The translations under genes were made by a program, and so were the position numbers. The notes under the pieces are model-generated. The model was not told the origin of the DNA. It saw nothing but the letters and a program-made list of their open reading frames with translations, and searched no databases. From Balanoglossus misakiensis (taxonomy: Eukaryota; Animalia; Hemichordata), in NCBI GenBank assembly GCA_040954595.2, contig CM082581.2:5758699-5822698 (forward strand): a stretch of DNA of 64,000 bases, written 5' to 3'. Of the stretch, positions 46,601 through 59,404 are shown piece after piece. How positions within the stretch are numbered: position 1 is the first letter of the stretch; the number at the start of each line of letters is the position of its first letter.

Positions 46601-48805
46601 ATGAAACAAAAACGATATATAATGATAGAGTAGCGTTTTGGAATTATTGCGACTTAACCCCCTTGAAAATCGCCGTTTCCTAAATTGTTTTGTTTACGTG
46701 TTGCCATGACAGGATACTTTACTGAGCGAAAACGACGTTTTCCAACTATTTTGGTGTCCCTAAAATTATTTCAAAAGTGTTTGCGGAAAGAATAACTGTC
46801 AATGAGAATTGAAATCATATTCGTGATTACTGTATCGTTTACTATGTTCACGGAGAGATGAATAACAAGGCTTACTGGAGACGAAGTCATTCACTAATTC
46901 AATTTTCTAGTATTTCCTTGGCGTGAGTAAGTTTCCCTGGTCCATTTTGGACTTCTTTGCTAGGCGCAATAGTAAACATTTGATTATAGTACATGTGCTG
47001 CTTGAATGAAAATTCTCTGAAGTCGAGCAAATTCATCCTTAATTTAAAAACACCCAGAGACTAGTCAGTTAGCAGGGTGTGTGGTAGAATATGCGTCGAC
47101 TTTTCCTAAATTTACGGCACGGTTCGATATGTGCATGGGTTAAATCCAGCGACCGTGGACCCTTCTCGTGAAATATTGGACGCGCCGTTCAACGATAATA
47201 CTTAGCAGCGTCCCCCAACTTCCTTTGTTTCAAGATTTTCTCAACAAGGAAATGAAGGAGGTAGCTAATCTCAGAGTAATAATTGCGCGGAAATGTTGTT
47301 TCTAAGATAATTAATTACCAGGAAAGCATTGGCATGGAAAGCGATTACGAACTGACCACAGTAGTTGTAACACCAGTGTCCATGATTAAAATGATTAAAA
47401 GTGTATGTCATTTCATTCGAATCTGATAATCACAATGTTACAATGTATATCGATTCAACAGTCGTCGATCAAATTGGCCCTATCCCAAACGTTTTTTCCA
47501 ACTCTTTGGTTAACCTAACGGCTGCAGTTTTGTTTCTCAATATTTGTCAAAGTTTACAAACATTTTTGGCAGTTTTGCAAGTCCGAGGTATGTGAGTGTG
47601 ATCTTTATATGTCCGCTCTTGTCTGTGTCATGTGGTGTCTGTCGCCACCTCTCATAATGTAGGGAGATTCTGTTGTTTTCATGAGGGGGGGGGGCGATTT
47701 TGAATGGTCGTCAAATGAACATCTGTGATTGGCTGGACTTCCTCCACACAGGGTAACTGTGGCTCAATATACATGGGTGGCTATATCTCACTGGCTGTTA
47801 GAATTCTAGTTCTGTTATTTGGTGGATATAACTGCTGTACAGTAATAACTTATCAAATTTACCGAGGCATGCAGATGTGTAATGATCAAGCTGGCGAAGG
47901 AGGTCTTGAACACACTTGCCCCATCAGTACTGCAGTGGGGCCAACGTGTGTACCAGCATTTCGTGTAGGTCCGAAATATTGGCCCGAACGTTAATGACAC
48001 AGTGAGATTAATGTGATTGTTTTTTGTAAATAGGCAGGCCCCCTCTGTGCTGAGGCCCAAACCACTAGTTTATTTAGCAAGTTGGAGATCACAATAAAAC
48101 AATGTCACAAGAGAAAATAGGTGTAAAATGTGGTACGGTATATAGGTGGAAAAATACGACTGGAGAGAGACAATCGCTACTGTCCTTATAACTTAGCAAC
48201 ACTGTATTCTTGGCAAATCACTGTGCCATACAAAATTGAAATCATGATTGATAAATTTGGATGAAAGCGTAGCCACATTTAAACTCAATGATTTGCTACT
48301 GGTACAGGTTCTGGACTTTCTAGCGCCCGTTCGTGGACTACTGCTGCAGCTGCAACGACCCTCCCCCCCCCCCCCCCCAACATGCAATAGATGACCTCCA
48401 ACCTCCAATGGTCGGCTGGCGAACTGTGGTGTGGGAGTAGCGCCGCCAGTGGCAGATATGGAAACAATCTCACAGGACCTCATGGAGTTTGGAAAAGCGT
48501 CCCATGTCTTCATATGGGAGATGTAGGTAAAAAAAACCCTCACTTTTTAAGATTTGGGTACACCATAGTTCGCCAGCCGAACGTGCACCCCACCCACCCG
48601 CAAAAATCCTTCACGACTTGTACATCCCTGCTTCAAGCAGTTCTAAAAAAAATTCAAATTCCACTCAGCCTCGTGACTGTTCTCAAATGCAGAAATCAAT
48701 AGGCGAGAATAACAGGAAGCAGGTGGCACTAAAAAAAAAATAAGTCATTGTGATTTAACAATGTTTTGGTTCTATGTATACTTCAATACTGTGGATAGAA
48801 AGGTA

Positions 48806-48886
48806 TTGTTTACAAACAAATAAGTTGTTTACAAACAAAAATAAGTTGTTTACAAACAAATAAGTTGTTTACAAAGAGATAAGTTG
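48806..48886. repeat. Minisatellite, about 4 copies of a 19-21 bp unit TTGTTTACAAACAAATAAG
   Basis: Four successive TTGTTTACAAA cores are visible. Confidence 0.85.
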
Positions 48887-49040
48887 CACAGGTGCATCTC
48901 TGGCACCGTTAAAGCCTTTTCAAATGTACGCAAACCCAATGTGCACAACGCTACAAAGAGGTTCACCACAGAATACAGAAATGCGTGACAGAGCAACACA
49001 TAACAGCTGCGTCACAAAAGGCAGTGGTCAGCACAGACTC

Positions 49041-49149
49041 TTAACCCTTCCACCCCCCCCCCCCCCCCCTCCGTTTCCTGCTCAAGAGGTCCAACTTTGC
49101 CATAGAAAGACAACGGATTTGGACCTAACCATGGTGGTGAAAGGGTCAA
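49041..49149. mobile_element. Short piggyBac-like MITE, copy 1
   Basis: TTAA|CCCTTCCACC...TGGTGGTGAAAGGG|TCAA (degenerate TTAA). The interior GGTCCAAC...TTGGAC..AACCATGG is shared with the copy at 50326. Confidence 0.6.
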
Positions 49150-49737
49150 ACCCTGTGATATGGCAGGCGTTCTGAACTCTTCTGAACTTGCGAGTTGTCT
49201 ACAGAGTCGCGTTGGAACAACACACCACCAGCCAACAAGTCGACACCTGACCTGTTAGAACATCATCTACCAGGGTACAGCTGACTATTATTTAGTTAAC
49301 ACATAAGGATATGTTGACTGTCACTGTGAATTAAATTTTTAGATCCTGCATATTCGGAAATATAACATCTACCATCGATATACAGAGATGCCTTCAAAAA
49401 ATCATGGACGTGATGCTTTCGATAAATCATGGACATTATTGAACTATCGAAATAATCTTTTTGTTCAAAGCAGCGTTGAGCATAATGACACTGTTCTGGC
49501 AGTTGATTCGCTCGCTTGTGTCCTGCATTCATAAATACCAAAATAAAAATCTGAACACCACAATCTCTTGTGCAGTGTGGTCTACCAGGTTCTTTCCTAC
49601 ACGAGGAGGAGAATTCGCACGTCGAAAAGGTCAAGTTCAAGTTGGTGATAAATATCATGGTAGCCGTGTACAGGCGTCGGCTGTGATGTCCTCGTCCACA
49701 GGGCAGTGATCACTGGCTTCGGTCGTCTCCTCGCGTT

Positions 49738-52700
49738 TCAATGGTCCGCCAGATACACTGGGTCTTTGATGTGTGTTTTCAAGTACTTCATCATGCCAAA
49801 CGTGCGTATCCTCTTCTTTCCTGCATGACGAGCGAACACAAAAGGGTGAGCATTTTCCAAGTAATGAATCCATTTTTAAAGCGCGTAGGCATTTGGTCAC
49901 CTTTGCAAATATAGCTAGTTACCATGGCAAATTGAGATCTAGCCAATCACAGATTTTCAGTGGGTGGCACACGCGAAAAAAAAAAAGAGCGCCACCATTT
50001 AAATTGGAGGTGACTGTGTACCTTTAAATCACGGGACTTGTAGAGGGTGTACTCACCAAAAACACCGTACAGCTGGTCATCGCAGAGCATATACTGTTTA
50101 TTTTTGGGGTCCTATGTAGCAGATAAACGGAAAAAAATTACTATGGTTTTGTCTGTACCAGGGTCGGTTCAATTGTCAGGTTTTACCGATTGGCTAGCAG
50201 ACTATGCACAAGGCAACATGTTACTCAAAAGTCGAACAATAGCAAAAATATCATCTTGTTGAATGTAAACACAGTTAAGTTTTCATAATTACTCTGCTTG
50301 GGCAAGCCAGAAAAACAATTACTAGTTACCCTTTCACCCCCAGTTCCCGCTATAGTGGTCCAACCTTACCACAAAAAACAAAGGGTTTGGACTGAACCAT
50401 GGTGGTGACAGGGTTAAAATCTGGAAACATTTCTTACCATAAGTTCCCTTTCTCGAATAATTTCCCACATTCTCTTGACAACATCGTGCCTCGCCATCTG
50501 AAATTTAGTAGAAGTATACATTGTACTATCTTGCCAATGGAGTCCATATTCTTTCAGAAGAAAAAATCAAGCAGCACCCTGGACTATTTCAACGTATCTA
50601 AAGCTTCCGGGTCCTGTATTGACATCACGAAAAACACTACGGCGATTACTAACCCTGTCTGTTCCCATGATTTCCGCCAGTTCTGGAGACAACACCATCT
50701 GGGCACTGTATCCCGATTTTCCTGAATGAAACAACATGACCATTACCCAGATTTAGATGTCATGAGACTCTTGAAGGGACACAGTCATTCACTTTTGACA
50801 TTATTCTCATTACTTTAGTCTATGACGGCAATATTCGTCTCGCTTAGCGCAATGAAAATATGCTCAACGAACGTCTTTTTTCAACCTACACCCTGAACAT
50901 CATTCGGATTAAAATCACATGTAGAGCTGGGCGACGTCTTTACTTTTGCTGATTCTTGGCTGTCCTGTTCGAAAGTGGCGCGTACGCCCGAGGACAGCCA
51001 AGACAGAGACAGAATAGTCGAAACTATCACCGGTTGCCTGAACACCGACCTATGACTGCTTCGATCATTCAATTTCTGGTTATTTTTGTGTGTGGCAGTA
51101 AATCAGATGTTATGCCCATATACAGGGTTCTGATCCGAGTTTTATCAACTGGTCACTGCAGTTGGTTTCTTTTGAAAAATAACATACCTTTCCTCTCTCT
51201 CTTTTTCTTCTGAGTTGCTGGAGCTGTCGTTGGTCTTTTGACAGTTCTGTTCCTCGTCCTCCTTCCACCGTTTTCTTCCTCCTGCAGTTGCCGCGCCAAC
51301 TCCTCATCGTTGAGTGTCTGCCGATGCAGAAATCAAATGTTTGTAAATTAATTGAGATGCACAAAGTTTGTATTCCATATGCCAGTGTGGCACCCCTGTG
51401 TGATTTATCATACTTCATAATGTGAGATTGCTGGAAAAATAAAAGTGTCATAAACATGCAAAAAAGGAGAAATCAATGTCTGGTGACTGATGGCTATAGT
51501 GTGCTGTGCTGTGCCATCTAGGATGACATCAACAGATCAACCAGGGGGCGGGGGGTGGTGGTGTGTGCGTGAAATTTCTGGTAACTGACAAAAAAATTCC
51601 TGGTGTATGCCATGGCTTCCAGAAGGAATTGTACATAAATATACATTCAAGGTCTTACGACCTAGCGATATTTTTTTTACTTCGATTTGTCATTCAGCTT
51701 CATCACCTTAGGCTTCTCTTCATAGTCACTGTCGCTATCTTCTACAAGTTGGGCAGATTTCCTCTTCTCTATCTTTTTATCTGTCTGTAAGACGAACATA
51801 CACGTACATGTATCACCCCCTTTGCCAACAACAAGAGGGGCATAACTGAAATCCAGCACAGGAATGGTTGGTTCGAACAAACAATAAATCAGTTTTTTTA
51901 CACTGACAATAAAATACATATTTTGAAGATTGGCTTGCCCTTCTTGATTTTGATTTGTCTGCTTTCTGTGGTTCTTTTTTGATGATTGGTTTCTTTTTCT
52001 TCATGGGTGGTTCTTCTTCCTCTTCCTCCTCATCATCATCCTGTTGTGAGTAAACGATTTTGTGACAAAAGAACGGCTGATTCCATACAATACGAACTGC
52101 CAGCTGAATTCAAGGGATGTGAAACACCAACAAACAACAAGGCAGATGACTCAGGGTCCTCCCAACGTCTAATTTCTTTGTTGTGTCAAGAACTCACCTC
52201 GCTGTTGTCTGTACTGTCGCTGTCCACATTATTCTCTTCTATGCTGTTTTCTTCCGACTGATTCGTGACTTTGGAACTTGACGCTGCACTGTTGCCTTTG
52301 GTAGCTTTGTTGGACTCCATCTCTGTGATCATATTCATCACCAGGTCGTCAATTTCTTGTTTTCTTTAAAAACAGAAAGAATGTTAAGTTGCTTGGGGTT
52401 TATGTACCAGGGGTGGGTGGGGGAGGGGGGGGGGTAACCCTTATTGAAAGACCCACAGAAATACATGGAGAAAAGAACGTGTGGACAAATGTGCAAGAAT
52501 GTGAGTGAGTGAAATATGTGTAACTGTTGAATGCGTGAGTGAGTGAGTGAGTGAGTGAATGGATGAATGAATGAATGAATGAATTGGCACGTGCTGTAAG
52601 TATAGACACATAAAACATTTTAACGTACAATGGCATACGGGATGCTGTCCGTTCGGTTCTGGTGATCGAGCTAAAGAAAACGTTTGGCATTTACCACTGG

Positions 52701-53163
52701 CACCATTATGCATGTGCGTCACTATCCAAGTATCTCGACTATTCTAAGCAAAACAGAAACGCGTTTCACAATCTCGGATTCCCGTTTCAAAAATGAACTG
52801 CTATACAAAATAAGGACCTAACACAACGGACAGGTTTAATAAAATCCAGTTTCCCATTTTTTCCCTCGCGCACCGCATCTTCACTGCGAACGAAGAAGGG
52901 AAATAAAAAAACAACAACGAATACAGACCTATCGGTGAGATCAGTGCCGAACTTTTCCTCAAGTGCGCGGCGAACTCTCTTCGAGGACAGCGCGGTCAGG
53001 TCGCCATTTTCTAAAATCTCTGCAAGACAGTGAAACGGTGGTCACATGCATCAGTCACATCCGCAGCGGTGTCGTGCGAATCAAAGCAACAAAAACAAAC
53101 GACAAGCAATACCCGTCTACCTTTCACGCCGTCCCGAAGAGCTGACGTACTGATCTCCGCCAT
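49738..53163 (-). CDS. DEK-C + SWIB/MDM2 domain protein (Spp27/UAF30/Tri1-like); complement(join(49738..49820,50057..50111,50438..50497,50654..50721,51188..51317,51707..51784,51918..52040,52198..52363,52929..53019,53121..53163))
   Basis: N-terminal DEK-C domain MAEISTSALRDGVK|EILENGDLTALSSKRVRRALEEKFGTDLTDR|KQEIDDLVM, an acidic/basic linker, a DEELARQLQEEE motif, and a C-terminal SWIB domain GYSAQMVLSPELAEIMGTDR|MARHDVVKRMWEIIRERELM|DPKNKQYMLCDDQLYGVF|GKKRIRTFGMMKYLKTHI. Phases are consistent. The donors of exon 4 (51918) and exon 5 (51707) are weaker and less certain. Confidence 0.9.
49915..50027. mobile_element. Right-end fragment of a TTAA-flanked (Kolobok-like) DNA element; second copy at 59245-59404
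   Basis: GTTACCATGG..TAGCCAATCACAGAT..GGTGGCA..GCGCCA..TGACTGT(G/A)TACCT|TTAA occurs at both loci. Confidence 0.5.
50326..50417. mobile_element. Short piggyBac-like MITE, copy 2 (intronic)
   Basis: CCCTTTCACC...TGGTGGTGACAGGG|TTAA, homologous to 49041-49149. Confidence 0.6.
52535..52585. repeat. (GAGT)n/(GAAT)n microsatellite
   Basis: Directly visible in intron 2 of the SWIB gene. Confidence 0.85.
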
Positions 53164-53703
53164 GTTGTTGTCACGCTGCACGACCGGAAGCAACACGGTT
53201 ACCTAAGTTAGTGAATATTAACAAAAATGCAGACGACACGTTTTCGTGGAAGAGTGTCATGCATGTCATTGTTGAAGTTCGGAATCAAAGCATCTGTCTG
53301 CTCACAGTCCCTCAAGATTGTGGTCTGCTGAAGGATTGTGTAGTACTATCACGAATGTAAAAAGACAACTAGTGTGAAATTAGTGAAAATCAAAACAACG
53401 CGTACGCATGGGACCACTTCGCGGATAGCATAACGCAGGGTGTTGTGGGACAGTTTGCGTTCTGAGCGCGTGCGTTAGCCATGTACTAGACGCTATGTTG
53501 AACGCAAATTATACCATCATGCATTGCAGATACGCTATCCGCGAGCAGTGTTAGGCTGGGCCTACTTTAATCTGTCGAAAAATAATCAGTTTCGGCGCGA
53601 CAAAAAGAACCACAAATAGTGGACTTAGCCCCTGATATGAGTAAACACAAAATTTCAGATACTTAATTTCACACAATATTTTTTACTACTGGCAATACAT
53701 TTA

Positions 53704-54015
53704 AGCAATAAAACACCCCCAGCCATGGTATACCACGAGATTTTGACCAGTTCACGACATATACGCACGAGCGATAGCGAGTGCGTATATGGAGTTGAAC
53801 TGGTCAAAATCGAGTGGTATACCATGGCTGGGGGTGTTTTATTGCTATTATATTATGCCAGTATATTGAAACTTTGCATAAAACATTTTAAAAAGGCATT
53901 TTCTTTGACTATGATATATGACTGTGGTATATGGCTAATATATCACGGTCACGTGTCGTGTCTTGACCAATCAAATAGCGTGATTTACACCATCAATATA
54001 CTGGTATAATATAAT
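53704..54015. mobile_element. Foldback/palindromic non-autonomous element with two pairs of inverted repeats
   Basis: A long hairpin spans 53704-53846 (AGCAATAAAACACCCCCAGCCATGGTATACCAC... / ...GTGGTATACCATGGCTGGGGGTGTTTTATTGCT). A second pair, 53847-53869 and 53993-54015, matches over 23 bp with 1 mismatch. Confidence 0.75.
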
Positions 54016-55634
54016 TATGAATATGAATACTTGATAAATAAATTCATGCAGTTGTAGTATAGCCCCCCCCCCCCTATTGCCTAGAATGCAGACGGTATCG
54101 TGGTTACGTCTATAAAGATATACCAAAAGATAAAAACTTACTGATTTTACATATTCTGCTTTATAGCGGGAGATTTATCATGTCCGACTTCATTGAACTG
54201 AAAAAATTACTAACGAATATGATATATACCACCAGGACTGTTTCATCTTTTAAAACAAATATACGGCTCCTGTCCGCCACAGATAGATCCTGCTGTCCCA
54301 TGTATATAGTGACACCTACAGAGTTTACCGAGTATTATTCAGTAACTCGTTATTTTGATACCCCATTTCAAAAATGTGCCATGGCGATGATGCCATTACC
54401 GCTAAAATTGCAGTCAAAACCGGTTTGACAATTTAGCATATGTTCAGCTTCAAGACTTAAACTACATGCAAGTTGTTTTTCACACGTTGTATAAATAATG
54501 GAGTAGACAAGACACATTTAATACGACATCAAAACGAGTTCTAGAATCATCAATAAACGTAAACAAGTTATCGTTTGTGAGAAATACGTATAAATACGAA
54601 ATACGAAAACTACAATATAAATTCAATGAGAATTCATGAAAAATAATAAAATAATAATGCTCATTGCGATTAAAATTCAGAATTTGCCTCTGCCTTTGGC
54701 GCTTATTATTAAGATTATCATTCTCTTCATAGAATACGGGTGTATATACATGTATGTCAACAACGATCGGAGGACCTATCAAATCAACGCGGCTGTAGGC
54801 CAGTCCGATAGCTTGCACGGCATATATGCTTTAGACTGTGTAATTTAGTGCGCTTAATGAAGCTTCATTGAAACCAGCAATGCGTAAGAGCTTTACAGCG
54901 GGAGTTACATTTCATACCCATTTCATAAATGAGTACACCCACATCGCAAATATTTGTTGAGACATCTCCTGTAGAATTATTTGTTTTTAATTCCTTTTCA
55001 AAATGGGCATGTATTATAATTAACGTTATGTTTTTTTTAATAAATAATGTTTTACTTTATCTCTCGGTTGGATGTAATGGGCATAGTGTATAAAATCGGT
55101 AACTTTTGACTTTAAACACATTGGCCTGAACGTCGAGCTACTCTTGCGAAGATATCGGGTGAGTACCAAATTATTATATGTTAAAGTCGCTTTTCGTAAT
55201 TATTGTGTTGAAAAGCCATGGCTATGGACATATTTTGTTCTTAAATATTTTCATAGAATTATCTGTGACCATTCACGAAATGCTGTAGTATAGTTGTATA
55301 ACAATATGCGTTTAAAACGTTGACAATGTACATGTAATTTCCCTGGCCTGTGCGTTGTCTATACGACTGGGTAATTTGCCTACTGTATATCCAATCCTGT
55401 GTCTGTGCTTGCTGAAAATGTATAGGATATTTGGCGGTCTCGTTTTAGGTACATGTACAGCTAGAATCCCATTTGCGAAACGTGTGTACTGCAGTTGAAT
55501 GTTGTGATACGATTCACTAGAGTATCTCCCAGAATTGGTTCCGTTTCCTTGATTACCGACTACCAAACTATTTCGGATCAATTCCAGTTTAGCCGACTTT
55601 CTCATTTCAATATTGGGGAGATAGTTTGAAAGAC

Positions 55635-55636
<2 letters not shown>

Positions 55637-55689
<53 letters not shown>
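55637..55689. repeat. (GA)n microsatellite
   Basis: Directly visible. Confidence 0.98.
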
Positions 55690-55691
<2 letters not shown>

Positions 55692-55921
55692 GGGGGGGGA
55701 GGAAAATTTGTATAACTTTTTACCAAGCCTTAACACATATCACGGTAGCATATTTATGCCCGTTTGACAGAACGGAACAATATCATTCATATATATATTG
55801 TATGTCCTTTATTTCTGCCCACGTATTCTGCTTTTGGTTGCGATCTGTCATGATACTGCGGGTTTTCGCTCAACTGGAGAGCTGCTTCTATATTTACCTA
55901 CGCATTTTGCACTTTTTCAGC

Positions 55922-57625
55922 ATGGCTATTAACATCGCTATTTCGCTGCTGTTCGTGTTTGTGAGAACATGCGTTTCGCAAAACACTAGTGCAGACCATT
56001 GTCTCAGTATTTGTCCGGAGTCATGTCCGGATACAAGGGGACCAGTTGGACCACCAGGCGCCCCAGGGACACCCGGCATTCCCGGTCCAGTTGGAAGTCA
56101 GGGTAAGACTGATCCCTGAACAGATGATTTTCATGTTACAGTGAGTTTAGGAAAAACATTTGACGACGGTAAACAGCAAGTTACTGTTGCCACCTAGTCA
56201 ATTTCATGTAATGTTAGCAACTAACATGGTCAATTAAGGAACAATTTTACAAACATATTCTACCAAGTAAGCAATATATTCTGTTTACTAACGTCAGTTT
56301 GAAAGGAGGTTTTTCTTAAACTCCATGTAACACTTTTAGTGGTATTCCTCTGATAAGAAACAGAATTTAGTAAAGACTCGTCTTTACACAAACATCAATG
56401 AACGAGACACGGTTTTCAAGGCGCGGCCACCCGGAATAGTGTGCCATGGTCATTCGAAGGCTAAGACACACCCTTTTGACCATATAGGCATATGTAAATA
56501 AGAGCTGATTGTAATCCTTTAAAACGTGTACCAATGGGAGGAGTAATTGTTGAAGCCTCTCTCCCACGTTGTAGGTCTGCCTGGTGTGATTGGTCCCGTT
56601 GGTACTCAAGGGGTCAAAGGTGAACCTGGTGAGAAAGGCGAGAAGGGCGATGCTGCTGTCAAAGGAGATAAAGGTATTGTCTTTAAAACTATTGCATGAA
56701 GCAACCACCAGACGCAAAAAATCCTGAGTAGAATTATTTAGACTAAAGAATGTGATGAGAAATAGGCTGACAACTTAATTTATCACGTTATATGCAATGG
56801 AATTTCCTGTTCATTTATTTTGAGGTTGAATTTTTAAACACAAAGAAAGATTATTTCCCTTCATCAGTGATTTAAAGCTGAAATTTGACGTATTCAAAAT
56901 ATTCCACGACTCAAAATTTATTTTCTTAAATCCGACATCTCTGCATCAATACACAGTACACACATTCAGTTTGTTACTGCTTGTTAACTTTATTTCAATA
57001 CATTTTATCGGAATCCATGAATCAACAGATTGATCAAAATGTCTTTGTCTTCACAATGTTAGGTGAACCTGGAGACAAAGGTGAAACTGGGCGTCCTGGG
57101 AAAATTGGTCCACAAGGTCCAAAGGGTGAGAGCGGTGAAAATGGGACTGATGGTACTACAGGTGGACCTGGAGTACCAGGGGTCAAGGGTCAGAAAGGTG
57201 AAACTGGCGAAGTAACACAGGCTACTAAGGTGGCATTCACTGTGGCAAGGCAGAGTGGTTTAGAAGGGACCAGTTCAGAGCAAACTATCACGTATACTGA
57301 TGACATATTAAACGAAGGTGTAAATATCACTCTCGGTTCAGGTGTGTTTACCTGTGAGGTTCCTGGCATCTATTACTTCTCATTCACATTCTATTCATAT
57401 CCCGACAGAGCCTTTTCTATACATCTTAAACAGAATGATGTCGCCAGGTTTAGAATATATCGCTCTAGCTATTCAGGCCAAGCTTTGCAATCTCAGAGTG
57501 GTATGTTACACCTGAACCGAGGTGATGAAGTCAAACTAGTGCTACTTGGCAGTACCAGTTACAGATTTCACTATTGTAATATTTCCTGTAACACCTTCAG
57601 TGGGTTCCTAATCTATGCCGACTAA
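55922..57625 (+). CDS. Secreted collagen + gC1q domain protein (C1q/CTRP-like), copy A, 280 aa; join(55922..56102,56575..56673,57063..57625)
   Basis: Signal peptide MAINIAISLLFVFVRTCVS, Cys-containing N-terminus, Gly-X-Y repeats across phase-1 introns, and a gC1q head KVAFTV...GVFTCEVPGIYYFSF...LHLNRGDEV...FSGFLIY. The ATG follows a splice acceptor, so a 5' UTR exon lies upstream. Confidence 0.93.
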
Positions 57626-58204
57626 ACACCACAGTAAATTCATGTTATCCGCATATTAGAAAGTTGGGATCGTGTCCAGGTGGGTTATAATAATCGGTAA
57701 TTTTAATTTTACAAAAAAGACTTTCGAGTAGAGCTTCTTCAGTTTGATTAAATGCTCTTTGCAACATCGCCTTTGACATTGTACAAAGAATAAAGTTAAT
57801 TCAAAGAGAATAGTTAATTCAAAGAGAATTTTGCCTTATCCAAAAATTCCACGACCCACAAAGTTCTTTGATTACTTTGCTTCATTTCGTTAATAGTAAG
57901 TGTATACTTTTAACAGATCCAAACGACCATCTTGTTAAGTTAGTGTGTGCCTCGAATATAAGTTTTAAACTTGTTCTCGTATTTTTTCACGGTACCTTTA
58001 AAATTGGGTTTCACCGCGTAAAACTAAACAGAGAGCGAGCCAAATTGTCTAAAATTTGAAATCCAAAATGGCCGCCAATCACTGCAGTAAGTCTAAGGAG
58101 AAAAATTAATAAAGTAGTGATTTGTGTGAAAATGAGATGGTGAACACCCTATTTAATTTTTTAAAATAGACTTCTTATTTTACTATAGCACACAAGTGAA
58201 AGAT

Positions 58205-58467
58205 TTAAGGTAGATGACTACTCAAAAGTTAGAATATTGTCTTTTTTCTGACGAATTCCGATGCTATAGTTTTCCCATGGTGAAAATATCGGAATATCTC
58301 CTTCACAAAATCAAGCGCAGTGACGTTTAAAAGTACTCTTCTTTTGGCACTCTTTTGTGAAAATTTCAAGAAAATGACGATATTGACCACTGTTTTCTCA
58401 ACATTCTACATGTAAGGCTGTGGAATGTGATAACCATGCACTGCATCTGGGTAGTCATCTACCTTAA
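58205..58467. mobile_element. Kolobok-like MITE (TTAA TSD, 13-bp TIR starting GG)
   Basis: TTAA|GGTAGATGACTAC (58205-58221) ... GTAGTCATCTACC|TTAA (58451-58467). Purine-purine termini with a TTAA TSD fit Kolobok rather than piggyBac (CC termini). Confidence 0.75.
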
Positions 58468-59244
58468 TTGACTGTCATTTGTCTCTTCTGAAACTCTGTC
58501 TCCGAGGCTCGTACCACCTCAACAAATGCATGTTCTTTCTTTCTGAATATTGCTTCAACTGTTACAGTTCTGATGCAAAGATTGATGTGGTCTACTACAG
58601 ATAACGAGGCAGTCTTAAGACTATTGCATCGGAGAGGTTATTGTGTTTCAGTTTACCAATGAATGTAGCTTGTATTAATCTGTAAGTTGCTAATCATGCA
58701 AATAAAAACACGGAATGAAATAACAACCGACTTGGCGTTTACTTCACCATTGTCATGGAGACATCAACCGTGTCTCCACTTGCAAATTTTCATGATCTTA
58801 AAAATATTGTACCAGTTCGAACTCGTATCAAATCAAACCAATATTAATTTCAAAAGATATATCCTCAATGTTGAGGATATGCTGTGATTTTGTACTGTTA
58901 TTTCTATGCTTCAACAGTCTTCAAATGATAATTACTGATTTGGGCCCTATTTCAATTTAGGGCAACTGTCTGCCCTTGTGTTTCGTGTGAATAGCGCCAC
59001 CCTCGACGAATATGTCTGTTCCCGCGTAAGTGAAATTGCAAATCGTTATCTGAAAAAGCGCCACCATTGTGACACTACCACTAAAGTACATGTACATGTA
59101 TACAGATTTTTACAGTTTCGGGCGTTATCTTTTTCACTGCGCCCTCTAGAAAAGTTGAATACTTAGTCGCAACGGCCTGTACATTATCAATCAACCAGAG
59201 GAACGTTTTCACTTGGAGACATTGCACCTATGCAAATTTAAACA

Positions 59245-59404
59245 CTGTTACCATGGAAAATAGCCAATCACAGATATTCAGCAGGTGGCATACGAAAAAA
59301 GAGTGCGCCAACACATCAGCGGTCATTCGAACACTAAATAAGTCACGCCGTATTGACTGTATATAGGCATCATAAGTAAATTAGAGATGACTGTATACCT
59401 TTAA
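59245..59404. mobile_element. Second copy of the TTAA-ended DNA element fragment seen at 49915-50027
   Basis: Shared blocks and the terminus GACTGTATACCT|TTAA. Confidence 0.5.
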
